Of a stretch of 64,000 nucleotides of DNA, positions 48,001-57,104 are shown piece by piece. Position numbers and translations under genes: made by a program. The DNA is taken from the IMG/VR virus record IMGVR_UViG_3300020434_000055. One strand, 5' to 3'. The stretch's first letter is position 1. Each line of letters begins with the position of its first letter. Source of the stretch: a virus (taxonomy: Duplodnaviria; Caudoviricetes). The notes under the pieces are model-generated. The model was not told the origin of the DNA. It did not search any database and saw only the letters and a list, made by a program, of their open reading frames with translations.

Positions 48001-48889
48001 AGGTAAAGGTTCATTTAATGAAGGAACTATAGATATTCCTAGCATATCTAATGAACAAATTAAAGTTAAAGCAATATACACAGGAGTATGTAGAAGCGAT
48101 ATTGATATGATGCAAGGAAACTTTGGACCATTACCTTTAACTATGCAAGGTCATGAAGGATTAGGAAAAGTAATAGAAAAAGGAAAAAATGTATATGATG
48201 TAGACATAGGAGACTTTGTAGCAACTAGAGGAGAACCTGCATATGCAGACTTTTATAATTGTGAAGCAGGAACTTATGTTAAAGTACCCGAATGCGATCC
48301 TAAATATATTATAGAACCTGTTGCTAGTGGTATAAACATAATCAATTCTTGTAAGATGCCAATTGAAAGAAGAGGTAGAAAACAAGGAGCAAGATTATTA
48401 ATTATAGGAAGTGGGTTTTTAGCACAGGTTGTATATCATTATCTTTTAAATTTTATGTTAGAAAAAAATATTCATTTTAATATTACAGTATACGGTCATA
48501 GTAATAAAGAATTATGGGGCAACAAACTTTCTGATGCAATTGACGGAAAGTTTGATGTTGTAATTGATCTTAATAATAGAAATGAAGCATTTGAAAAAGA
48601 AATATTTAATACAGAAGCATTATTAATAATGGGTGCTGAAAAACCTAATAAAGTTACAACAACATTTTCTACAATGCTATGGAATTCAATGACTTTAAAA
48701 TTTCCTAGTCCAAGAGATAGTGGATTTATAGAGTGTATGCATAAAGCAGTAGAATTAATACATTCAGGTAAAATTGATGTATCTTCTTTTTGGACAAAAG
48801 GTTACGATAGAAATACAGAATGGAAAGATGCATTTAACGAAGGTCTTAATAGACCAAAAGGTTACAGTAGAGGATATATTAAGTGGTAA
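47975..48889 (+). CDS. Zn-type alcohol/polyol dehydrogenase (MDR superfamily)
   Basis: GVCRSD, GHEGLG, IEPVA, LIIGSGFL. Confidence 0.85.
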   Translation: MMTKLLYTEGKGSFNEGTIDIPSISNEQIKVKAIYTGVCRSDIDMMQGNFGPLPLTMQGHEGLGKVIEKGKNVYDVDIGDFVATRGEPAYADFYNCEAGTYVKVPECDPKYIIEPVASGINIINSCKMPIERRGRKQGARLLIIGSGFLAQVVYHYLLNFMLEKNIHFNITVYGHSNKELWGNKLSDAIDGKFDVVIDLNNRNEAFEKEIFNTEALLIMGAEKPNKVTTTFSTMLWNSMTLKFPSPRDSGFIECMHKAVELIHSGKIDVSSFWTKGYDRNTEWKDAFNEGLNRPKGYSRGYIKW

Positions 48890-48893
48890 AAAA

Positions 48894-49418
48894 ATGTTAG
48901 ATACAAGTAAAAGAAAAGAAACAACATTTTTTATAGGAACTGAAATAGAACAAACACCTATGAAAGGTACAAAAACTTTATTTGTAGTAGGTATTAAACC
49001 TGCAAACGAAATAGATAAAATTGCTAGTAAAAATAATATAAAAAATATTTACTTTGGAACAAGTCAAAGTTTTAACCCTAGCAATGAAACAGATTGGAAA
49101 GACTGGTATGTAATGATGACAATATTATTAGAAAAAAACTATTGGGTTACATTAGATTTTGATATCAGTTATTCCAATGACGTAATAGAGTCAGGATTAA
49201 TGGCCTTTGAAAGATTTATTCCAATGATAAGTGCCAAAATTCCAAATATAGAAAAACTGAATAAAAATGCAGTTTTAAAAATAGATGATACTACGTGGGG
49301 TCTAACAAATAAAGGAGTATGGTCCAAAGACCTGGCAACTTTAAAAGATACAATGCAATATACGGAATGGGCCGAATATAAAGACGACACCGTTTTGGAT
49401 ATTGACAATGAAAAGTAA
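48894..49418 (+). CDS. Hypothetical protein in the modification locus
   Basis: Start placed at ATG 48894; alpha/beta pattern (IYFGTSQSF, VTLDFD, LKIDD). Confidence 0.55.
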   Translation: MLDTSKRKETTFFIGTEIEQTPMKGTKTLFVVGIKPANEIDKIASKNNIKNIYFGTSQSFNPSNETDWKDWYVMMTILLEKNYWVTLDFDISYSNDVIESGLMAFERFIPMISAKIPNIEKLNKNAVLKIDDTTWGLTNKGVWSKDLATLKDTMQYTEWAEYKDDTVLDIDNEK

Positions 49419-49430
49419 AGCTGTTATAAT
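49402..49430 (+). promoter_or_regulatory. Consensus sigma70 promoter (dpdL-like/GT operon)
   Basis: TTGACA-17-TATAAT with extended -10 TG. Confidence 0.8.
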
Positions 49431-49460
49431 GGATAACTCATAAAAAAGAAAAGGAACGCA

Positions 49461-49838
49461 ATGAAAAAAATGATTTGGGTAACATTTAGAAAAGAAGGAA
49501 TTCACAAATATCCTGCGGCTCTAACTGACCCTAAATTAGCAACTGGAGATGAATATGATGTGTCATTTTTGGGACATCCCCATAGACATACATTTCATTT
49601 TAAAGTGGCGATCGAAGTATTCCACGATGATAGAGATATCGAATTCATCCAATTTCAAAGATGGATTTTGAGTTTATATGATCAAGGCACATTACAAAAC
49701 GACTTTAAAAGTTGTGAAATGATGTCAGATGATTTATATGCACAAATAAAAGATAGATATCCTGGTAGAGATATTGAAATAGATGTTTCTGAAGATGGAG
49801 AAAATGGATCACACGCAGTATATAATAAGGAAAAATAA
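49461..49838 (+). CDS. QueD-paralog T-fold protein, DpdL-like (putative CDG decarboxylase)
   Basis: EGIH and LGHPHRHTF (LxxxHRHxF), DRDIEF, SCEMM, VSEDGENG. Confidence 0.65.
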   Translation: MKKMIWVTFRKEGIHKYPAALTDPKLATGDEYDVSFLGHPHRHTFHFKVAIEVFHDDRDIEFIQFQRWILSLYDQGTLQNDFKSCEMMSDDLYAQIKDRYPGRDIEIDVSEDGENGSHAVYNKEK

Positions 49839-50882
49839 ATGACAATTTATATTGTTGATTTGGAAGCAGTAGATACTCGATATACAAAAGAGTGGAAAGA
49901 ATATCTTCCAAGACAATTAAAAAAACATACTAATAGAGAAGTAGTTAATATTAGTGGAGGCGATACACCACAAACAACTACTCCTGGTGCTTTTTTAAAC
50001 TTTGGTGGAACAAATGTTTATAAAAGTAATCAATTAGCAAAAATTGGTCAAATGTTTTGTGAAAACAAAATAAAAGATGGAGACTATTTCCTTTATACAG
50101 ATGCGTGGAATCCTACAGTCTTACAATTAAAATATATGGCAGAATTATTAAATGTTAAAATTAAAATAGGAGGTATGTGGCACGCCGGTTCTTATGATCC
50201 TGCAGATTTTTTAGGACGTATTATTGGTGATAAACCTTGGGTAAGAAAAACAGAAGAAAGTATGTATGAAACTTTTGATCATAATTTCTTTGCAACAGAT
50301 TTTCATTTAAAAATGTTTTGTGATACATTTAAATGTACTTCAAAAGTAAAAAGAGTAGGTTGGCCTATGGAATATATGGAACATAATCTTGATTCATATA
50401 AAAATATGACTAAAAGAAATTTAATTTTATATCCGCATAGACTAGCCCCAGAAAAACAACCGGGTATTTTTCAAGACCTTAAAGATTCTTTATCATCTCA
50501 ATATGAATTTGTAGTATGTCAAGAAAGACCTTTAAGTAAAATACAATATCATAATTTATTAGGAGAAGCTAAATTAATTTTTAGTGCTAATTTACAAGAG
50601 ACACTAGGTATAAGTTGGTTTGAAGGTACCTTATTAGATGTTATACCTATGATTCCAAATAGATTAAGTTACACAGAAATGGCTATTGATGAATTTGTTT
50701 ATCCAAGTGAATGGACAAGTTCTACCGAACAATATCATAAACACAAAAAAGATATAATAGCAAAAATAAATGATTATATGGAGAATTATAAAACATATAT
50801 TCCAAAAATATGGAAACAAAGAGATGCCTTAAAAGAAAAATTCTTTTCTGGTAAACAATTATATAGGGAAATAAATGGCTAA
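49839..50882 (+). CDS. GT-B glycosyltransferase
   Basis: Two-domain 347 aa; HRLAPEKQ and ETLGISWFEG match GT4-like donor-binding motifs. Confidence 0.75.
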   Translation: MTIYIVDLEAVDTRYTKEWKEYLPRQLKKHTNREVVNISGGDTPQTTTPGAFLNFGGTNVYKSNQLAKIGQMFCENKIKDGDYFLYTDAWNPTVLQLKYMAELLNVKIKIGGMWHAGSYDPADFLGRIIGDKPWVRKTEESMYETFDHNFFATDFHLKMFCDTFKCTSKVKRVGWPMEYMEHNLDSYKNMTKRNLILYPHRLAPEKQPGIFQDLKDSLSSQYEFVVCQERPLSKIQYHNLLGEAKLIFSANLQETLGISWFEGTLLDVIPMIPNRLSYTEMAIDEFVYPSEWTSSTEQYHKHKKDIIAKINDYMENYKTYIPKIWKQRDALKEKFFSGKQLYREING

Positions 50883-51429
50883 AAAAGAAGGTGAAATAAA
50901 AAATAATTTAGCAACAAATGGCGTTTACGTATTAATGGACGACATTAATATGGAAACTTGTAGAGAGTGTATTAAATGGATAATGAATTGTAATCTTGCA
51001 ACAACAAGATTACCTAAATTAACTTTAATTATTAATTCTCCAGGAGGTGACGTTCATGCCGCTTTTGCTTTAATCGATACAATGAAAGCTAGTACTATTC
51101 CAATAAAAACTGTAGGTTTAGGACTAATTGCATCTTGCGGATTCTTAATTTTTATTGCAGGTAAAAAAGGTCAAAGAATTTTAACACCAAATACATCTAT
51201 TTTATCTCACCAATATTCTTGGGGTAGTGATGGAAAAGAACACGAACTATATGCTCGTGTTAAAGAATTTGAACTATCAACTAGAAGAATGATTGAGCAT
51301 TATAAAAAATGTATTGGCATGACTGAAAAGAAAATTAAAGAAGTATTATTGCCTCCACAAGACGTATGGTTATCGTCTGAAGAGGCTAGAAAATTAAAAA
51401 TTTGTGACAAAATAGAACAGTTATACTAA
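50875..51429 (+). CDS. clpP: ClpP-family protease
   Basis: INSPGG, IASCG (Ser), ILSHQ (His), QDVWLSSEEA (Asp). Confidence 0.88.
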   Translation: MAKKEGEIKNNLATNGVYVLMDDINMETCRECIKWIMNCNLATTRLPKLTLIINSPGGDVHAAFALIDTMKASTIPIKTVGLGLIASCGFLIFIAGKKGQRILTPNTSILSHQYSWGSDGKEHELYARVKEFELSTRRMIEHYKKCIGMTEKKIKEVLLPPQDVWLSSEEARKLKICDKIEQLY

Positions 51430-51432
51430 TGT

Positions 51433-51882
51433 ATGATAAAGAAAAGCAAAAAAGATAAACAAAAAGAACTTTGGTCAAAAGGAGAAGGCGAATATAGTGA
51501 ATGGCCTGTCTATCCTAGTTCTTCTTGGGCTGGTTCTGAGGCAGGAGAGGCAAAATTAGATAGAGATTCAGGAGGATTTGTAGTTTCATATGGAACTGGT
51601 TCTTCTGGTGCTCCTCCTTCTAGTACAGAACAAAACGATCCTACTTTATATGGAGTAAGCAGTCCTTTACAAAGTCAATTTGAAACAGATGCAATATCAG
51701 GTCAATATACTTTTGATTATGATTTAAGTGAACCTAGACCATTTCAACGAGCTATGCCGAGTTTATCTCAAGTTGAAGAGATGTGTAAAATATATCCTTC
51801 ATTAAAAATTGCATATGAAAAATTTAAAAACATTTACAGGATAGTATATGATGACTACGCAACCAGAGATGATGACGTTTAA
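51433..51882 (+). CDS. Hypothetical protein
   Basis: ORF in operon context. Confidence 0.5.
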   Translation: MIKKSKKDKQKELWSKGEGEYSEWPVYPSSSWAGSEAGEAKLDRDSGGFVVSYGTGSSGAPPSSTEQNDPTLYGVSSPLQSQFETDAISGQYTFDYDLSEPRPFQRAMPSLSQVEEMCKIYPSLKIAYEKFKNIYRIVYDDYATRDDDV

Positions 51883-52342
51883 AACAACAGAAGTTAAAAA
51901 AAACTATTTTACTATGATGCAAGTAAGACACAGTCTTAATATGATTCTTTCTGAAATGTCAGGACTAGATTGGAAACCTCATATTGTTTTAGGAATTAAT
52001 AGAGGCGGATGTGTACCTGGCATTTATCTTAGTCATGCTTTAGATATACCTCACGAGACATTAGACATTAGACTTAGAGATCATAAAAGTAAACCTAGTT
52101 TAGCAGTTTTAGAAAAAGCTCATGCTTTTCAAAAAAAAATATTAATTATAGATGATATAAATGATACAGGTGCAACACTCAATTATATTAAAGACAATTT
52201 TGGTGCTCCTGAGAATTTAAAATTTGCAAGTATTATACATAATGAACCAAGTAAATTTCAAGGTTTACATTTTAAAGGATATACAATTAATAAAGAAAAA
52301 GATCCAGCATGGATTGTATTTCCTTGGGAAGAATGGCAATGA
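51869..52342 (+). CDS. Type I phosphoribosyltransferase (xanthine/hypoxanthine PRT-like)
   Basis: GINRGG, ILIIDDINDTGAT, WIVFPWE. Confidence 0.88.
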   Translation: MMTFKTTEVKKNYFTMMQVRHSLNMILSEMSGLDWKPHIVLGINRGGCVPGIYLSHALDIPHETLDIRLRDHKSKPSLAVLEKAHAFQKKILIIDDINDTGATLNYIKDNFGAPENLKFASIIHNEPSKFQGLHFKGYTINKEKDPAWIVFPWEEWQ

Positions 52343-52734
52343 TAGAGAAACAAAGAGTAGATACATTAGAACTAGCTCAAAAACAAGGAAGAGCTCCTTG
52401 GTCAGATGTTGTTCATGATTTTAAAGATATGGTTTGGTACAATGATGGTTACCCAGTAACAGAAGGTCATTCTTTAATTGTACCTAAAGAAGCAACACAA
52501 GAAAGATTAGTAAGATGTTTTGATTTAGCAATAAAAATAGCCAATGATAATGTTGCTAAAGGAGTTATTGACGGTTATAATATTGGAATTAATGTAGGAG
52601 AAAGTGCCGGACAAACTGTAATGTATCCGCACGTACATTTAATACCTCGTAAAAAAGGAGATACTAAAAATCCCAAAGGCGGAGTAAGAAATGTTGTAGC
52701 TGGAAAAGGAGATTACACAAAGAAAAATGTCTAG
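52339..52734 (+). CDS. HIT-family nucleotide hydrolase
   Basis: YPVTEGHSLIVPK, GYNIGIN.GESAGQTVMYPHVHLIPR. Confidence 0.88.
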   Translation: MIEKQRVDTLELAQKQGRAPWSDVVHDFKDMVWYNDGYPVTEGHSLIVPKEATQERLVRCFDLAIKIANDNVAKGVIDGYNIGINVGESAGQTVMYPHVHLIPRKKGDTKNPKGGVRNVVAGKGDYTKKNV

Positions 52735-53542
52735 AGCATTATTTGTAGGAGATAGCCATTTAGCTGGTTATGTTACCATACCGGAAAAAGTAGGTCCAGG
52801 AAGTTATAAAGTTTATCAAGATAATAATTTTGCTGAACAATATGCTATTTTAAACAATAAAGAAACAGTCATTTACACAACGCCAGGAACTGTTAATCAA
52901 GTATATCCTGATTGGATTAAATGTATGTTCAATAAATTTGATGACATAGATGAAGTACACGTATTACTAGCAAGTTTTAATAGATTTGTAATTGCATTTA
53001 ATAAAACTTTAATGGAAAAAACTATAAAAATAGATCATTTTACAAAACTAACAGCTGAAAAACCATTGCTTAAAATATACTCAGATGATATTATAGTAGA
53101 AGATTCTGTGCAATTATTTAATAAACCTATAAGATCTGATTATGAAAATTTTACAGGCTTTGAATTTAATCCAGAAAAAGGTTTAATAAAGCCAGATATA
53201 AGAAAACAATCATATATGGAATGCAAATTATTTTATGATTTAAACACACATATAGAACATAGAAACTTTTATAAAGACATTTATACAATAGATAATATTT
53301 GTACAGACAATAATGCAAAATTATTTGTATACTCAATGAGAACTCGAGCTAAATTTCCTACTGACTTTGATTATTATGGAGATTTAAAAGTTACTAAAAT
53401 TGCTTCTCAGACTATAGAAGATTATATGAAATCTATTAATATAGATCCTGACAAACATTTTTTAAGCGATAACGAACATTATAATACTGAATTTCATAAA
53501 TCAATAGCAGAGAATTATATACCATGGATAAAAAAATCTTAA
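52727..53542 (+). CDS. SGNH/GDSL-like protein
   Basis: FVGDSH at the N-terminus and DNEH (DxxH) at the C-terminus. Confidence 0.6.
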   Translation: MSRALFVGDSHLAGYVTIPEKVGPGSYKVYQDNNFAEQYAILNNKETVIYTTPGTVNQVYPDWIKCMFNKFDDIDEVHVLLASFNRFVIAFNKTLMEKTIKIDHFTKLTAEKPLLKIYSDDIIVEDSVQLFNKPIRSDYENFTGFEFNPEKGLIKPDIRKQSYMECKLFYDLNTHIEHRNFYKDIYTIDNICTDNNAKLFVYSMRTRAKFPTDFDYYGDLKVTKIASQTIEDYMKSINIDPDKHFLSDNEHYNTEFHKSIAENYIPWIKKS

Positions 53543-54132
53543 TAATAGGTGACAGTTTTGCCTGCCCTTGGCTTAAACCCAAATATGACGGGTGGCCTAC
53601 TCTACTTGCAAAAAAATATAACCTTGATAATTTAGCAGAAGCAGGTGTAGGTGAATATAAAATATTAAAACAATTACGACAAATGTCTAATTTAGATGCT
53701 TGGTGGATACAAACATTTGGATTAGTGATTGTTTCACATACAAGTCCTAGTCGAATTCATACATCAAATCATCCTGTACATAAAAAAGGATTACATAAAA
53801 ATTGTGATTTAATTTATAATGACATTATGGAAAAAAGTCATATATTTAATTCTAGACTTAAAACTGCTAAAAATTGGTTTAAACATTTTTATGACGACGA
53901 TTATCAAAAAGATATGTATGAATTAATGAGAAATGAAATAGCAAGATCAATACCAATTCCTGCTATTCATTTAGACCATTTTAGTATTAGCAAAGATTTT
54001 GGTTCTGAAAAGCACAGAATTGATTTTTGCCAAACTTGGATAAAACATAGAGGAATAGTTAACCATTATACGGAGGAAGGAAATCGGATTGTCTATCAAA
54101 GAATTATTGACAAAATTGGACAAATCTGTTAA
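53524..54132 (+). CDS. SGNH/GDSL-like protein
   Basis: IIGDSF, NLAEAGVG, NHYTEEGN. Confidence 0.6.
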   Translation: MDKKILIIGDSFACPWLKPKYDGWPTLLAKKYNLDNLAEAGVGEYKILKQLRQMSNLDAWWIQTFGLVIVSHTSPSRIHTSNHPVHKKGLHKNCDLIYNDIMEKSHIFNSRLKTAKNWFKHFYDDDYQKDMYELMRNEIARSIPIPAIHLDHFSISKDFGSEKHRIDFCQTWIKHRGIVNHYTEEGNRIVYQRIIDKIGQIC

Positions 54133-54135
54133 TGT
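54107..54135 (+). promoter_or_regulatory. Possible sigma70 promoter (folE-queE)
   Basis: TTGACA-17-TAATGT with TG. Confidence 0.5.
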
Positions 54136-54141
54136 AACATT

Positions 54142-54819
54142 ATGAAAACATCTGAAAAAATTAAACAAAGATTAATAGACAAAAAAATACGTTTTTTTGC
54201 TAATGATAACATATCTAAACATATAGAAAAAGGCGAATTAAAAGATTTAGAAGTAGAAATAGAAGAAGCATTTGAAGATATATTAGATGCTTTAGTAATT
54301 GATACTGAAAACGATCATAATTCAAAAGAAACTGCTAAACGTGTAGCAAAAATGTACATCAATGAAATATTTTCAGGAAGATATGTTTCTCCTCCAAAGA
54401 TTACATCATTTCCAAATATGGGATATAAAAGTTTATATACAAGTGGTCCAATTAGTGTTAGATCAACCTGTGCTCACCATTTTCAAAACATTGTAGGAAA
54501 TTGTTGGGTAGGAGTATTACCTGAAGATGAAGTTATAGGTTTAAGTAAATTTAATAGAATTGTACACCATATTTCAGAAAGACCACAAATACAAGAAGAA
54601 CTGACTTTACAAATTTCTGAATCATTATCGAAATATGCTAAAACACCAAATGTAGCAGTAGTAGTCAAAGCAAAACATCATTGTTTAACTCAACGTGGTG
54701 TAAAAGAATCTGAAAATGATATGACCACCGCAGTTATGTTAGGAGCATTTGATACCCATGCTCCACTTAAAAAAGAATTTTATGATATATGTTTTAGTAT
54801 GAAAGGACATAGCATTTAG
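54142..54819 (+). CDS. folE: GTP cyclohydrolase I
   Basis: TAKRVAKMY, STCAHH, GLSKFNR, RPQIQE, HHCLTQRG. Confidence 0.95.
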   Translation: MKTSEKIKQRLIDKKIRFFANDNISKHIEKGELKDLEVEIEEAFEDILDALVIDTENDHNSKETAKRVAKMYINEIFSGRYVSPPKITSFPNMGYKSLYTSGPISVRSTCAHHFQNIVGNCWVGVLPEDEVIGLSKFNRIVHHISERPQIQEELTLQISESLSKYAKTPNVAVVVKAKHHCLTQRGVKESENDMTTAVMLGAFDTHAPLKKEFYDICFSMKGHSI

Positions 54820-54826
54820 GTGAGAA

Positions 54827-55690
54827 ATGGAATCAAATGAATTTAGAGTTACTGAAGCATTTATTTCAGTACAAGGTGAAGGCAGATTTGTAGGTGTACC
54901 TAGTGTATTTTTACGATTGTTTGGTTGTAATTTTAAATGTCGTGGCTTTGGAATGCCGAAAGGTCAATTAGCAGACGATTATTTAAAAGTAGATGCAAAT
55001 GATCCTAAATATAAAACACTTAAAGATTTACCTTTAGTGCATCGAGGATGTGATAGTTATGCATCATGGGACGCAAGATTTAGAAAGTTTACAAAAGATT
55101 ATAATGTTGAACAATTAGTTGAAAAATTATTATCTTTAACACCAGAAGGTAAGTGGACTTGTACAAACGGACAAGATATACATCTTGTTATAACAGGAGG
55201 AGAACCTTTATTAGGATGGCAAAGACTTTATGTTGACTTGTTTGAACATCCTAGAATGAAAGATTTAAAAAATGTTACATTTGAAACGAATACTACACAA
55301 CCTATCAGAGAAAATTTATTGGAGTGGACAAAAACGCAGGATAGAATACATATTACGTTTTCGTGCTCTCCGAAACTTACCGTTTCCGGAGAACGTTGGG
55401 AAGATGCTATCAAACCCAGTGTTGCTAAAAATTACTATGACACTCCCAATAGTCATTTGTATTTCAAATTTGTTGTCTGTGACAATGGCGATATTGAAGA
55501 AGTTTCAAAAGCTGTTGAACTTTATTCAAAAGCAGGTATTAGTTGTCCAGTCTACTGTATGGCCGTTGGTGGCTGTTATGAAGAGTACCAAGAAAACGCA
55601 AAAAATGTTACCGAACTCGCAATGCAAAAAGGATGGAGATATAGTCCAAGATTGCACGTCGATATTTTCGGAAACGAATGGGGAACTTAA
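54827..55690 (+). CDS. queE: 7-carboxy-7-deazaguanine synthase (radical SAM)
   Basis: SVQGEG, RLFGCNFKC...CDS, VITGGEP, ETN, CSPK, YSPRLH. Confidence 0.92.
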   Translation: MESNEFRVTEAFISVQGEGRFVGVPSVFLRLFGCNFKCRGFGMPKGQLADDYLKVDANDPKYKTLKDLPLVHRGCDSYASWDARFRKFTKDYNVEQLVEKLLSLTPEGKWTCTNGQDIHLVITGGEPLLGWQRLYVDLFEHPRMKDLKNVTFETNTTQPIRENLLEWTKTQDRIHITFSCSPKLTVSGERWEDAIKPSVAKNYYDTPNSHLYFKFVVCDNGDIEEVSKAVELYSKAGISCPVYCMAVGGCYEEYQENAKNVTELAMQKGWRYSPRLHVDIFGNEWGT

Positions 55691-55712
55691 AAAGGAAGGA
55701 GAAAAATAACAT

Positions 55713-56108
55713 ATGGATATAATAAAAAAAATGAAAGGTATATTTAAAACAAAAGATAAAGCTGAAGATGTTGCATCAGAATATACTGAGAAAGATCCTA
55801 AAAGAAAAGCATTAATAGAAGAAAAAGCAAAAGCAACTAAACAAGGGAAACCATGGGTTGCTGTATTAGATACCCAAATTAATAAAGATAATATTAAAAA
55901 TGGCTTTTTTGAATTAGATTGGAATAATGAATTTATTGAACAATTAATAGATTCAGGCTACAAAGGAGAAAAGCCTGAACAAATTGTTGATGCATGGTTT
56001 AAAGATATTGCAAGAAATATTTTAAAAGAACAAGGACAAAATCCAGATACTGGAATGGGCTACATTAATATCAACAGAATGGATGATGATAAATCAGAAG
56101 TTAGTTAA
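55713..56108 (+). CDS. Hypothetical protein
   Basis: ORF with RBS. Confidence 0.55.
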   Translation: MDIIKKMKGIFKTKDKAEDVASEYTEKDPKRKALIEEKAKATKQGKPWVAVLDTQINKDNIKNGFFELDWNNEFIEQLIDSGYKGEKPEQIVDAWFKDIARNILKEQGQNPDTGMGYININRMDDDKSEVS

Positions 56109-56111
56109 TGC

Positions 56112-57104
56112 ATGAATTACATTTTAGTAGATACTGCAAATACTTTTTTTAGAGCTAGACACGTTATTAGAGGTGCTTTAAATGAAAAAGTAGGAATGGC
56201 TCTTCATATTACATTTAATAGTATAAGAAAAGTTTGGCAAGAATTTAAAGGAGACCATGTTGTATTTTGTTTAGAAGGAAAATCTTGGCGAAGAGATGTT
56301 TATCCTAGATATAAAATGAATAGAAAAACTGCTCGAGAGGCGTTAACTGTTTCTGAAAAAGAAGAGGAAGAAGTTTTTTGGGAAACATTTACTCACTTTA
56401 AAAATTTTATAGATACAAAAACAAATTGTACAATAATACAACATGAACAGCTAGAAGCAGATGACTTAATTGCAGGTTGGGTAAAAGCACACCCAGATGA
56501 TAATCATATTATAATATCAACTGACGGAGACTTTGCACAATTGATAAAACCTAATGTAAAACAATACAATGGAATACAAGAAGTTACTATTACACACGAA
56601 GGATACTTTGACAATAAAAAGAAACCTGTAATAGATAAAAAAACAGGAGTTCCTAAAAAAGCACCTAACCCTAAATTAATGCTATTTGAAAAATGTGTAA
56701 GAGGAGATCCTACTGATAACGTATTTTCAGCATACCCGGGTGTTAGAGCTAAAGGAACTAAAAAGAAAGTAGGGTTAATTGATGCATTTGAAGACCGAGA
56801 AACCAAAGGATTCAATTGGAATAATTTAATGCTACAAAGATGGAGAGATCAAGACGGGGAAGAACACAGAGTTGTAGATGATTACAATAGAAACGTAATA
56901 CTATGTGATTTAGATGCACAACCACCCAAAATTAAAGCTGTAATAAAAAAAACAGTAGAATCAGTTAAAGCAAAAGCAATAGAACAAGTAGGGTTAAAAC
57001 TTATTAAATTCTGTGCTAAATGGGATATGCAAAGAATAGCCGAGTATCCACAGAGCTACGCAGAGCCCTTAAACGCAAAATATAAGCAGAAAGAGGTAGC
57101 ATGA
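56112..57104 (+). CDS. rnh: T4-type RNase H / 5'-3' exonuclease
   Basis: ILVDTAN, LEGKSWRR, YK.NR, EADDLI, STDGDF.QL, GDPTDN. Confidence 0.9.
   Translation: MNYILVDTANTFFRARHVIRGALNEKVGMALHITFNSIRKVWQEFKGDHVVFCLEGKSWRRDVYPRYKMNRKTAREALTVSEKEEEEVFWETFTHFKNFIDTKTNCTIIQHEQLEADDLIAGWVKAHPDDNHIIISTDGDFAQLIKPNVKQYNGIQEVTITHEGYFDNKKKPVIDKKTGVPKKAPNPKLMLFEKCVRGDPTDNVFSAYPGVRAKGTKKKVGLIDAFEDRETKGFNWNNLMLQRWRDQDGEEHRVVDDYNRNVILCDLDAQPPKIKAVIKKTVESVKAKAIEQVGLKLIKFCAKWDMQRIAEYPQSYAEPLNAKYKQKEVA

Noticed and set aside
55272-55709. 145-aa plus-strand ORF overlapping queE
   Set aside because: Alternate frame of a conserved gene with no RBS or motif; explained by locally higher GC.
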